A DNA stretch of 64,000 nucleotides. Source: Pseudovirgaria hyperparasitica (Eukaryota). Each line of letters starts with the position of its first letter. Position 1 is the stretch's first letter. Below are positions 12,303 through 26,000 of the stretch, in pieces. Under the pieces are notes generated by a model. That model was not told where the DNA came from and ran no database searches. It saw only the letters and a program-made list of their open reading frames with translations. A program made the translations under genes and the position numbers. The stretch lies in assembly GCA_010093815.1 (NCBI GenBank), contig ML996584.1; one strand, written 5' to 3'.

Positions 12303-15300
12303 TCACATACCAAACACCTCCATCATATCGTTCTTCTTCTGTTCATCTTCTACCAAAAGTCCTCGTCCATTGCACACGTCCGCCAACACGTCAACAATCT
12401 TCTTGAAACTGCTTGCTGCACCCTTCGTTTGGGTGAAACGTGCAACACAGAGCTGTGCGCGGCGGCCATGTTCCAAGATGGTGTATAGCTCTATCATGAA
12501 TGTGACAGGTCGGATGCTGAGGTGGTTATCTTTTCCAACACTGGCACTAACAGTGTTTTTTGCCCGGTCGAAGCGCACATCGCGAACACCAAAACGCTTC
12601 CAGTCGCGCAGGAGTCGTACCATCTCTTGGCGAGCGCGACCGCGGCCGATGTGGAAGCATAGTACTTGCGTAGCCGGTTTGATATGGAGAAACCGGGCCA
12701 GCCAATTGGATTGGTAGTCGACCGGAGCCTTGCTTTGTCCGTCGCCAATTTGCGAAAACTCACTCGACCCCAAAGACGTTGTCGACATGTCATTGGCAGC
12801 TATCATGAGGTCAGTACGTACGATCCCGAAGAAGAGAAACATGCTAGACTTACAATCGAATTCCAGGATCTTTGGGTCGTGTTTTGTCCACTTGCTAAAG
12901 AACCGCAGAAAGCCTTTGCGAGGAGCTTGTCCTTGACGCATTGGAAACTCGCTACTTTGATGACTGCTGACATCAGCTGCTCTATGGGCCTTTACGAGTT
13001 TGGTGGGTCCAGTCTTATACGGCAATGGTGACGATGGTGGAGCTGAAGTTTTGATGCGATCATCTAGGCCTTGCCATGCTTTCGGAATCTCTTGTCGAAC
13101 TTCTTCTTTCTCAATATAGTCCTTGTCCTTATCTCTTTGACCAAGTCGAAAAAGCCAACTGCGTTTCTTCTTCAGGCCATTTTCGCCTGGAGCATTGGTC
13201 GATGAAGGGGTATCATCATGTTCTGTGCCTGGCCCCATACTCCCTTGCCGTATCTGTGGCACGGTCAGATGCTGCCCCTTTCTCGCATCAGAGTCCGATG
13301 ATTTGGCACTTGCACCGCTGACCTTTCTGACATTGAGCGGAGCAATCGGTGTCGGACTAGACGGATCTACGACGCGGATTGTCCTATTGATATCAGAAAC
13401 TTTGCGATTGTTGCAGTGAAGCTTGCTATGAACAGGATCTGTGACAGACCTGTGCCCATCGCGGAGTTCTTTCACGTGATCTTCCTCTGAGATGGCAGGA
13501 AGATTGCTGAGGTAGTCACTGCCCGAGGGAGCAGATACGGCACGCTTGACACCGCCATCAGATGGCTTGAGAAGCTCATCGAGGTGCTTGAGAGCCTCGT
13601 TGAAATTGTTCGTAGTCTCACCTTCAGACTGATAACGCTTCATCAACCTCGCGCGGGTTTCTGCAAGTTCTCGTGCAATGAATGTCTTCGGTGTCTCGTC
13701 TGGCAGCGGCGGAAGAGGCCTATGTTGGAAAGCATCGGTATGAAGAGGAGCCCCCGCTTTATGGGCTGAAGAACCGAGCTTAGAGATGGAAGTGGGAGGC
13801 GTATCGTACGCGCCGGGCTTGTCGTTCAAAGACTCTACCATGCTAAACTCTTCTGAGGAGTTCTTGAATGCCTCATTGCATAGTTGCTCCAATTCTGTGC
13901 TGACTTTCCGGACATCCTGATTTATGTAGTGATGAGGAGTCGGCGGCGGCTTCCTGTATCTGATGCTCCGAGCTTGACTGGGCGCGGGTGTTATTGGCAG
14001 CTTCCGAGATGTGACCTCTTCACTTGGTCGAGCCGCAATCTTCTGTAGTTTGGTGTCTGGCTTGTGAGACCGCAGAGGTTGCAGAAGCCCTTGTTGATCA
14101 TCAGTGTCCTGGGTGGTATCTGACATCCAAGCATCCGCATTTGTCGCTGGGCGCCGGAGATGAGCAAAACTCACGCCTTTCTTGTAGCTAACACGGGGCT
14201 TGATGAAGACCGGTGGACTACTGGGATATACGGAACTGGTGATGGAAGCCTTCGAATACGTACGCCAACTTGAAGCAACAGATTTGCGAGCCACGGAGTT
14301 GCGCTTGGATGGAGGACTTGTGGCACCGACACTTCCTCCCGAACTTTGGCGCTTGGAAGTGCGGCGCAATGTCTGTACTCGAAGTGTGTTAGAGCCGTTG
14401 ATAACAGCTTTGGGTTTACCGTTTGCAGACAGACTGCTACGGCGCCCATTCGTGTCCTTTCTAGTCACGATGTGATCTCTCGACGATCGAAACGGATCAT
14501 AGCTCTTCTCGGACGCAGGAATCTCGTAGAAAGAGTGCTTGGGGGTCAGATGTTCGTTATTCATGATGGAGTAAGCGGACTGTGAATGCTGCATTGATGG
14601 AAGTGGTGGCGGGTCTTCCAAATCAGGGGTCCGTTCGTGATGATAGTCACTGTTCGAGTATTCAATGGCGCCTGGAAACCCAGAGTAGTCTTCCAAATGC
14701 TGAATTCGATGCTTCATGAGTGCGCCATAGAAGAATTTCTCATGATTCAGATCGTCGTTCAGCAATTGATTGATGAGAGTCTCCTCCTTCTCGGAATGCC
14801 ATAGGACACGCATGTTACGCAGTATCTCCCTATCGATTTCTTGCCGTTCGAGTGGTTCCCAATCGTCGAGATGAGGGTTTGGGCCTACCCACTTTGCCAT
14901 GCTAGTGTCCTGTTCACTCAGTCCAAGGAAATCATCGTACTTGTGTAACAGAGGATGATCCCAGATATCTTCCATGCGAATCCGTTTAGCTGGATCTGGG
15001 ACCAGTATGCGGCTGATGAGATCAGCGGCTTCTGGGCCAAAGGAATCAGGCATGGTGTACTCGGCATGGACGATCTGTCGAAATAGCTCCTTCAAGTCTC
15101 TCTCGTCGCCAGAGTACTGGAAAGGTGGGTATCCGGCAAGCATGACGAAAAGAATAACTCCGCAGCTCCATACATCAGCTTGGCCGCCATCATAACTTTT
15201 CGAACGGATAACTTCGGGTGCAGCATAATGGGGGCTGCCGCACGGGGTGCTGAGGTGTTTGCCGATAGGTTGCAGAGCCGCCATCCCGAAGTCGACGAGC

Positions 15301-16207
15301 TTGATCTGGTGCGTGTTCTTGTCCAACAGAATATTCTCCGGCTTGAGGTCTCGATGATGGATGTTGATTCGATGGCAGTACAGGAGCGCTGCGATGATTT
15401 GGCGAAAGAGATAGACCGCCTCGTCCTCGTCGAGACCCCTGCGGTCAGAGATGTAGTTGAATAGTTCACCCCCCTCAACGTATTCCATGACTAGGTATCT
15501 ACAATCATGTCAGGTATCGAAAAGTCAATTTGGTGGCTAGCTTACATTTCATTGCGGTTTTCCCACACATCAAACAGACGAACAATGTTCTTGTGATCTA
15601 GGAGCTTCATGATGACGATCTCTCGCTCCAAGCCGAATGGGATTGCACGACCTTCTGGATAGAGGTCTTCAGCCTTGGTCGATTGGATCAGGTTCGCAAG
15701 ACTGATGGCTCGGACTGTCTCCGCAACGGCCTTCTCGATGATCTTTGCGGCACCATATTGACCCGTCACGGAATGCCTGACAGCACGTACCTGTGAGCAG
15801 CCACCACGACCGATGGTCTTTCCAAGTTGCCATGGACCAATGTGCGATTTGCGTTTGCTCACAACACTGCTATTGGAAACTGTCGAGCAAGCAGAGTCTC
15901 GCTTGCTTTGCGTCTCAGATGCGGCGAGCTCAGCCACCCGTCGGTGACCCGGCGATCGTGGAGGGATTTTCCGTTCAGCGTCCGGGTTGCGGATCTTGAG
16001 AGTTCCTTTCGTCGTGGGAATGAGAGACTCATTATGGGGGATTGAAGCGGGCTGTGCAGGTGACGTCACCAGAGGCGACACCGCAGTAGGTTTGAGAGCA
16101 GCTCGTTGTGAAGATGGCGTTGGGGTAGGGGTGCTTGCGTTTGATCGGGAGGCCATATCGGCAAAGGGTTTGCGGGCAGTCTGCCGGCTTGCATAGTAAC
16201 GATCCAT
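12303..16207 (-). CDS. GIN4: Nim1-family Ser/Thr kinase (Gin4/Hsl1/Kcc4-like, septin-associated)
   Basis: IGPWQLGKTIGRGG, HRDLKPEN, DFG, TPCGSPHYAAPE and a C-terminal KA1-like domain (NWLARFLHIKPA...KGAASSF). Introns at 15499-15545 and 12800-12853. Confidence 0.9.
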
Positions 16208-16208
16208 G

Positions 16209-16360
16209 TTAAGATGATTCAGTGTATGTGAGGTGCATGTACAGGCCAAATTTTGATCTGGAAATCGAAGTATTGGAGAGAAGAGGGAAAGATGCTGTGG
16301 TTATCCAAGCGTGCAGTTGAGCAGGAACGGGGGCTCTCTGTCTTTGTCGGATTATAGCAT
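16209..16360 (-). promoter_or_regulatory. Two putative uORFs in the kinase 5' leader
   Basis: ATG-CTA-TAA at 16360-16352, and MHLTYTESS* at 16238-16209 ending 1 nt before the main ATG. Confidence 0.5.
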
Positions 16361-19214
16361 GTTGTCGAGACAATTTGAATGTCCTTAGGAGTATTGGGGG
16401 TAAGCCGCGAGACGCGTAAGAAAAGCAGCAACACCCACAGCCGATGGTTGCCGCGCCAAAAGGAAGATATGAGTGAGTGGGAGTGAATGAGATGGAGAGC
16501 GCGCAATACAAACTTGACGTTTCTCTGGGGTTTGAGGGTGGCAGAAGCTTGGAAAGACGCGAAATGTGGCTTCCAAGGAAAGAGCGATGGAGTGTGGGGG
16601 CGCTTGCAAGCTCCGTGGGGTGAAAATTAAGTAAAACTGTCCAGGTGGGAAAGAGCAAAGGGATGTTTGACGAATTAAGACAGTACGGAAGGAAATGTTG
16701 AGGCCAGCAGAATCTCAGGGCCAAATGAGAATCAGTAGAGACTGTTGGAGACCTCGGAAGAGAGTGTTGATGAAGTTAGAGAGGTCACTGTTTACACGAC
16801 GAAAGACGTTCGGGTGCAAGTAAGGGAGAACGGCGATTGCTTTCGTTGCTCGTTGCTCGTTGCTGCGGCGGTCGACGGTCGGCGTTCGGCTGAATCTCAC
16901 GTGGAGACGCGTCGTGTTGGTGTTGGTGTCGAAAGTCGAATGCCAAGAAACCCACGATCTGAGCGATGGGCAGTAAGGAACGTATAGTATTATATGAAAT
17001 AAAACTCGAGCAAAAACAGCACGTTTGGCGTAAAGGAATGTAAGACGCGTGAGAGAGAAGAATAGACAAAAGGGAGAAAAGAAAAGGTCGGTCTTGTGTC
17101 ACGGAAGAAGGATGATTTTTGAATCTCACTGGCCTCTCAATCTCAATTTTCGACAAAATGCTCCGACAGCATCGCCCAATTTCGCTCCTGCGACCTGCAT
17201 CAATCCTCATTAAACACGTCTATCATTCTCAATCACGATCTTGCTGAGGAAATGAGATAAAGGAAAGAAAATTCTATCACCTATCATTTATTCGCCATGG
17301 CCTATGACCTACCTCCGAGTGTTGCGCTACATTGATGCGATTCATCAAAGAGTAATCAGGCCTGAAGTCTGTTTGACGAGGCTACAGTGTACGAGAGGAT
17401 CAAGCATGAGTATTTTGAGATGCATCAACCTGACTGATGAGACAAGACACCCTTTTATGAGATGATGTTGCGACGTGAAAGAGGATGAGTCTGCGCGGTG
17501 GAAGAAGTTATGGAATGGAGGGGCCATGAGGCTGCCTGAGGCCTGAGACTCCACTCAGGCATCCAGGCAGCAACGCTAGCTCAGGGGTGAGATCGAGTCC
17601 GCATCGACAATACTATCATCATCATACAAGTACTTCCGACACCGCAATTTGTCTTGAACTTCCACCAGGAGTGAATCCCTCTTGACCCATGCACACATCA
17701 CAGCACTGACTTCTGCTTGAAGTCATCAAAGACGTTGGACCTCCAGTACTCCACAGACGTGGTATCTCTTGAAATCCGCCGCAACTGGCGAGAAAGCTGC
17801 TTCATCCGTACATTCAAGCATATTATGAAGTATAGTAAAAGGCTCCTTTCATAGCCAGTCGTCTACACGTGCCATCATCACCTCACCATCCTCAAATCAC
17901 ACCGTCCACCCCAGCATTCCTCCATACCAGCATCACACAACCACACCCCAAACACGCGCTCTTCCCCTTTCCATCCCGACCCGCATGCACCGCCAGGAAC
18001 ACGGCCAGTATCATTTACCCATCCCCTCTCTTACCCCATCGCACACTCTCCACTCAACCCGGTCACCGGGATCAGGGTCGCAACAGCAATAGCGATATCA
18101 ATATCAACAGTAATAATAATAGCAATGAACACGCACACACGCACGCACGCACCCCCGAGAGATCAGATACGCCGAGGACACCCGGAATGGAAACAAGAGT
18201 GCGTGCGGTTATGCATCGCCGACCAGATCGGGCGGGCACGGTGATGTTTTGGTGCGAGGTGAGAAGGCGCTAGTGTTGTGGGTGATGGTGATGGTGTTTC
18301 ATGGTTGTGTGAGGGTGAGAGCTGTGGTTATTCTGTTGGGGGGGTCTGAGGTGGGCTTGGAGGTGTTTGTGTTTGTGGGTGGTGTGTGTGAATTGGGATT
18401 AGGATTGTACGGCCGTCTCCTCGCTGTAGAGCCCTCAGCGCAAACGTTAGAGCTGTACTACAATCGTTTTACTACAATAATGAATTGTGTAGTGATGAAT
18501 TGTGAGGTATGCCACCACGGTGAATCACTCTAGACAAGGACACACCATCACTCCAGCGCATGCTGCGCTTACGCAGTATTCTAAATCAATACATGCATGC
18601 GTAGACTTCTCCCTTCTATATACACTTCGTCATAGCCGTTACCTACGCACAAATCCATTTCCATGCCAACCTCAAACAGTAATCTACCAGGTCTCCAAAC
18701 CGCCAGTCCAACATAGGGAGTCACATCGGGCGAGAAGGATCCATGGATTCATCCATGATGACAGAAGCTCACCTCATCTCAATCGCTCGAGTCCTTCCAC
18801 CAATCCACACACTACGCACGCTCCCAGCATACAAGACAACATCCTATAATAGGTACAACCCAGTAATTTCGGTTAATGCACCAGCACCCCCAGAACAATC
18901 CAACTCATGCTCGGTGTGCGCGACGAACTCTGAGACATTTGAGAACATACCTCACTTCCTACCTACGGGGTTATCCCCTGTTTGTCTGTCTGCCTGCCTG
19001 TCTGTCTATATATCTTACCAACAAAAACAAAGCAACGTGCGTGCGTACGTGAGTGCAACATTCATTTCAATAGACACAGCAAAATTTACGACATACAACC
19101 ATGTCCAACCTCCGAGACTTCAGAGCCAGCCGCAGAAGAACATAGGTCAGAGACAGAGACAGGACTGTGTAGCATTAGCTGGTCAGTTAGCCAGTTAATC
19201 GTCAGGGTGTTGAA

Positions 19215-19280
19215 GATGTCTGATGTCTGATGTCTGATGTCTGATGTCTGATGTCTGATGTCTGATGTCTGATGTCTGAT
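19215..19280. repeat. (GATGTCT)9 heptanucleotide tandem repeat
   Basis: Nine perfect copies plus GAT, read directly. Confidence 0.97.
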
Positions 19281-22200
19281 ATTCGCTTATAGGATCTTTG
19301 AAGCGCTGATGTGACTGACAGTGCTAGGGAGTCCGGTACGGCGCTTGGTAGAGGCTTTTGTGTCTGCTGTTTCAGTGTGTAAGTGTGTGTGTCATACCCT
19401 TTCCCAGCTCAGGAGACAATCAAACGGACCATCATCCACCCGAAAGCAGAACATAACCACGACATACCAGCACAAGTGCGGAGTATAGATTTGTTCATAC
19501 CTGCCTGCCTACTTACCTATCTACCTACGTGTATGATGGCCTCAAGGGTGGTGTAACGTTACGATCGCGATTCACGCGTCAGGGGCCCTGGTGCAGGAGC
19601 GTGGACTAAGTCAAGACTAATTTTCGTCCTGGAGGGTAGTTCATATTCGACGGCGACTAGACGGCCAGAGAAATATGAAACTGTGTCTGGCTTTGTTGTA
19701 CAGACGGGAATGATAGGCACGTGTAGAGAGTTTGCGTGTCGGATGCTCCACACAGAGAGATACCAGGGGTGCTAAGGATGATGGAAGTGGAGTGGATTTG
19801 ATTTGATTCCAGGTTTCAGCTATGGATGTGTCTTTTTTTAGATGATACATAGCTTGTCTGGATGTGTAGAAGAGGCATGTCGATCTCATACAACGACTCA
19901 CGACGCTTTTGATTGATAAGGCGCTGGCAAACAGCAAGTATTGTTGATACTATGAACTTATATAATTTGCCTGTAAATTCTGCCACCACCTTTACCACCC
20001 CTAGACGCTGAAGATACAGATATCGTGACTGCGTGGGGTCATCTACGAGTCTGTCTCCTATTTTGCAATCAGTTTACTTAAGAGTGAAGAACTATGCGAC
20101 TTTGGGTGTTAAGATTCAACCCAGTATATAACTTGCTGGGTAGATGCTAGATAGACGGTGGACGGATCATGCGATTTAGTCACACAATCTGAAGAGTACA
20201 CAGTTGTGTGTGGTTTGAAAAAGAGTATATGTGAAGTGGGGTGCAATGTGTCAATTAATCCATTTCTAAAACAACCAATTAGTCTGGCGATACTCTAGCA
20301 GCAAAATTGGCCAGACTGATGCCTCAAGTAACTAACGAACTAACTAACAATAACAAGGTCTCCGAACATATGAGCTACTCCTCAGGCCTCGGTCACAATT
20401 CTTGATGTCTAACAAACGGCGTGTAAACAGTCAAAAAAACAGCTCTCAAGCGTCTCGCCGTCTACCTCCTAGTATTATAGTAGTCGATGAGACTACCTGT
20501 CGTACCTGCCTAAGCATCAGGCTACTGGACAGACATGTGGCTGCTGTGTGGATGGACCTCGGGCTTGCCTGTCAAGTGTCACGACGGGTGTGGATGTGTA
20601 GTGGTGGCGGAGAGGCTGCTACCTAGGTATGTGAGAATCTGCCACTGGCGTCTATGGATACTAATGATAGTGGTGGTGGTGGTTAGGTACCGGTAGTTGG
20701 ATGACGTCGTTCATTTATTCACTGCCTGGGCCGTTTAGTTAGCGACAAGTAGTCGTGCACGCCGTGGATACCTAGTGAACAGACATCGTCGCTGTCAAAT
20801 GCACGCTCTGTTTACAGTCCGGTCTCGGGACTGGTCAACTCGTTCGCACACGATCAATCTACGTCAATGACTGTTTTAGTGCGGAGGACATAGTCACGCC
20901 GCTCCGACAGAACAGATAGACGAGCATTAGATCACAGCCCAACCAAGACAATAGTCACTCGCAGGTACGGCGGTCGTCGCCGTTGTTGACACCTAGGTCA
21001 TCGACCAAGGACGGGAAGCCAAGACGGTCTTCAGCGGTCTGGGTCCCAAAACCTCGGCCGGCCTTAACAAAAGAGACCGCCCTTTTTCTCCATTTCCTGC
21101 CGAGATACATACAGTATACGTAGGTAAAATAGTAAGCGCGGGCGGACAAAGCAATTGATAGAATGGATATAGCTGGTGACCGGCGGCCGCTCGCTCGCTT
21201 CGAGGCTGGCGGGTCTCTGCCGCCGCAACTCAAGGACCGACTAACCTGTAACCCCCTCCCCCCCGCGCGCCAACTTTAAGGGCAAAAAGAAGCGCCGAGT
21301 AGTGATGCCGCCCCCGTGCAGTACAGAGTCGGCCGGGCCAGCTAAGGTATTTCCAGAAGCGGAAATAGTAGATGGGACACCTGGAGCCCCATATTACTCT
21401 GGCCGTAAGGGAAAAGAGAGTGGGGAAAATCAGGGTAGATAGTCAGTTACTCAGTGGGTTAGTAACTTAGCCCCCAAGGATAATGGATGGCTGGCTAGAC
21501 GCGAACTATCCATACACATCGTGCAATGACGATATGTGACACTTTGCGAAGGCCGCGGAGCGTGTGTCTGTGTCTTGTGTGTGCCTTGAATCATACGTAT
21601 CATTTGCGCCGGAGCGAGCGTCTTTGCAGCCAATGGAGTCGCCGTAAATGCATGTACATGTATAGTATCAAAGCATCAACCTGGAAATCGATAGGCGGCA
21701 TACTTTGGCCATTCCAACCCACTATCTACCGATCCATCCATCAACACATCCAAGTTATCATCCATACCAGAATCATGCACAGCGCTTAGACGCGCGCACA
21801 CGCACACACGCGCACGCGCACATGGGACATACAGATTGACCCCTTAGGTATTAGTAAGTGAGTGAGTGAGTCGAGGCGAATGCGTGGAGAGCCGTGAAGC
21901 CATGGACAGCCACTCTGTGCCTCCTCTCTTGCGAGAGAGTGTAAGTAGGCTTGGGAGGCTTGATGGAGGCACACGCCAGACCCAGAGGCCGCATATGCCA
22001 TCTTCGCAGAGGCCGTCGGGACAGTCAGGCATGGCAGGTATAGTCGAGTTGACAGAGGAAGCTAGAGGGGGTTGTAGGTAAGTGTGTAAGTAACTACGTA
22101 GGCAGGCCAGGAGAGCATTGAAGCGGCGCCTCCGTGATGACAGATGCTGCATAAGACTGGAAGGAAGTGAGTGTCTCCGGGGTACATGTTGTCGTCGTCA

Positions 22201-22928
22201 ACATTGTCGTCGATGAAAGTGCATCATGAGCAAACATTGAATCACAGTCTCGACCTCGAAATTCCCATATGGGGTTGTGATCAGCGCAGGGCCTGGGTTG
22301 CGAGTACAGACAGAGCCCGAAGATGGCAAAGATTTGCCCTGCCAGGCGGCCACCAAGAGGCCAGAGCAGCCTGCGGTCGAGTGCGTTTTGCGGCTTGAAG
22401 GCTTAACGGGCAGCGTAGAATTAACAACCAGAAGAGAAAGGAAAGAAAACAAGGAAAAAGGGCTGCGGCGTGGCTGGGGCGGCTCCAATGACGGTGGCAT
22501 GGATCGGGCCACGGAGGCCAAGCATAAGGGGGGGAATTATCCAAGATCTCGACCTCGACCTCGACTCCAGGAGTCAGTCTACTGGCTAGACCCGAGGGTT
22601 TATGAGCTAACTAACAAGTACGTCTATCTCCGCCGGAAGAAGCATTCGAGATATCAAGATCCAATGACTGAGTCGAGCCTGCGCGCAATATGTAGTGATA
22701 ATTGATGCTGTCTGTCTGTCTGCTAGCAGGGCACTGCGCTGCAGTAGTGCGGGCGCGTCGAAGGATCAGGCTGAGCCGAAGGCGGCCACGCGAGAGACGA
22801 GCATGTTGGCACACAAACACAACACCAGGTATACAGTAGTGGCAATGGTGGTAGAGGAGGGCGGCGGCATGGGGGGGTTACCAGGTCGTGCGTCCATGCA
22901 TCGTCCATGTTTGCTTTTGCTTGCGTGG

Positions 22929-23032
<104 letters not shown>

Positions 23033-26000
23033 GATGATAGGATCCGGTGTGTCGGCTCGATGGCTGCGGTTGTGGTGGTGGTTTATAGTGGGCAAACCCC
23101 AATCTCCAGCGATCGACCAAAGGCGCGCGGTGGGCTTGAAGTCGCAAACATGCTAGAACCTGGAGACGATCTGGAGACGCCAAACTCGTGGTTCTGAGGG
23201 ATCTGATGAGGCTCTTGCACAGCTAAGGATGCCGTGGCCATGGTCAGTATCATTATCAAATGTAAACAACACCACGACCGACAACGGTCCTGCTACTCTC
23301 TCTCCTCCTGTTACCTCAAGTGAATTACCTACTACTACAGACGAATGACGCGACTGCTCGGCCGTCTGCATTTCCCCCTCACATCGGTAATTATCGTCTA
23401 CCTACTGTACCATTCAAGAGGACAGACAGCTAGAACTAACAGTCAGTCCCGCGAGCGATTTAAGTTGAGAGAGAGGGGGTCCGCGAATCGACTGGGCCAA
23501 GCTTGGAAATTCCGAGCAAAGTCTAGGGTTTATTTTGCAAGTAGGTAAGTAACCGTCCTGTAAATTGTATGGTGGGCCAGAAAAGGCAATACTTTTTAGG
23601 ATATTTACATGCCTGGGGTCCCCTTGCGCCGCACAACAGACAAGGCTCGGGGATGACCGAGAGAGGCGCCTTTTTCGACGCCGACGACGCCCGCCGCCCG
23701 CGTGGCCTGCCGACAGAACATGGCGCTCTCTCTCTCGGGGGCTTGCAAAGGCCCAGGCTCATCGTGCGTCGTGGTGGATGGGACGTGATGGTTCTCCCGA
23801 TGCATTGACGATGTGGCTTTTTCGATATCCCCCCTTTGAGACTAAGAGCGAGTATGTACTTGCGTCTTGCGCTCGTGAGCCTAGATACCACCTCATGCAT
23901 ACAGGGAGAGGTCGAGGGTGTCTTGGCTGCTCTTGGGCCCCTAGAGGCCTCGTGCGATGGCGATGGCGGCTGCTCCCACGCTGCAGAAACAGCGCCTTGG
24001 GCTGTGGTGGCTTCGATATCAGGCTGCTTGACGTATGCCACGCCCTTCCACCTGATGTGCTAGATGTGGGAGACGAAAGAGAACTAACAACTTGCGACAA
24101 GTCTGGCAGTGTTAGTAGCATTAGTTGTTTACGCTTCTTTCGCGTTTCATCTCCTCTATTTTACATCGCAAGCGAGGCGATGCTGCCGCGGAGGCTACAA
24201 TTGACGGACCGACGGGGCTATCCTTGTCAACGTCGCACGATGCCTTTGTCCTGCATGTTTACATTTGGACGTTGGTGACGAACACTTGACGAACTGGAGA
24301 GGGCATGTCCTGTTGTATCGAACTATATGATAGGGTTTGAATGATATATTAACTTTTGCTCTGACGTCGTGTGGCATTATGGCGTAAACGTCTTTTTGCT
24401 ACGTTCTATGGTACAGTACACATGCGAGCCAGAAAGCTTCGTATGTATCAGAGCCGCAATGGAGAGCCACAGACAGTATGACCAAGAGCACGCACTAATT
24501 GATAATATTACTTCGATACCAGGATGGTCCAGTCCATTTACTGGCCCCGATGAGATCTGAAGAGCACAGAACACTCAACATGCGATCTATCTACCTGGTA
24601 CAGTACCCTGCAAGACTTTTTGCCTAGGCCAGCCAGAAACCGCGCTGCTGGGAGTCTGTGTAAGGGTGGCGGATGCACACAAGTCCACAAGTCCACAAGT
24701 CCACAATCAACCTCGAACCTCGCGAATCCACATCGTACAAAAAGCCCGCGGACTCTCTTCCTCAAGCATTATTGATGGTATTATTTATGAAGTGCTGAGA
24801 GCAATAGTAATGCTCTGTACGTGTGTGCGTGCTTGTGCGTGTGCGTGTGCGTGTGCGTATGTATATATGCGTACATTGCAGTTTCCCGACTCCTTCCCGG
24901 CGTACCATGACACAAAAATGCAACATATTATCCCATTATCCATTGGTTCACCCGTTCCGAGCAAGACATCTTTGTCATGTCCATGACCAGAAGAAGCCAA
25001 CGCTGGAGGTCTTGGACCCCAAGGATTTGAAGACATTTTATGTTGCCAAGCAATGCCTCGTGCGCTGCCTGTTGCTCGGTGGAGGAGATGGCGACGGGTG
25101 GGTGCGATTGTGGCTGTTTGGCGAACACCTCTGCCCGTGGCGTGGACAGTTTTGACCATAATGCATACATACATAGTGCCATTGGAACTGACTTTCATGC
25201 CCCCACTGCAAGCCAAATCTATAGCCACCTAGTAGGACTGACAAGAGACTAGCATTTTATTCGTACTGTATTATCCATAAATAATATAATATATCAGAAC
25301 TCAAACATCTGACGTGGTTGGAATGGATGGATGTCTCTCTCTCTCTCGTCAGAGCTCTCACTAAACGAGAGAGAATGCACATGGGGACCTTTGCTCATTC
25401 ATCTCACCACCCCCCTCCCCTTGCCCTAGGGCCTGTTGCCGCCATACCATACCCACGTGGAACGCTGGACAAAACAGCAGGGCACTCACACGACTGGGCG
25501 ATACTGTAAGTGCGAGATCACCAATGAGATCGGCAGCGTGCAGAGAGTGCGCCAACCAGATGCTGCAGCATTTGGTGCAATCAGCAGCATCTTCTCATCC
25601 TGTCGCAGCTTCTGGTCGCACCGTAATGTTGGATAATTAAAATGATCCATACCCTTTTTCTTCTTTCCCTGGTGGCCGGTGAGATGTATCCCTGGCCGCC
25701 GCACGCACGCACAAACGAACGAGCGAACGAGCACGCAAGCAGGCATGGACACAGGGCAGGGACAAGAGTCAAGCGCGCGCGCTCCAGATAGAGAATATTG
25801 AGCACATGGTCTCTGGATGACGATGACGAGATGTGATTAGTCTCATGGGGGCGCGTGTGTCTGGTTGAGTGAGAGGACGCAGCCTGCCGCTTGTCCCTGG
25901 GCCTGCCTTGGACGCAGGATTGGAGCGTCAGAGTGTTCGCTCCAACAAGGCAGCGCAGCGGTCGAGGAGACAAAACAGGAATAAGTCATCTGTCTTAGTT

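Noticed and set aside
23523..24278. Overlapping 172-aa and 237-aa ORFs in the spacer
   Set aside because: Non-protein-like composition and no motif; explained by local high GC.
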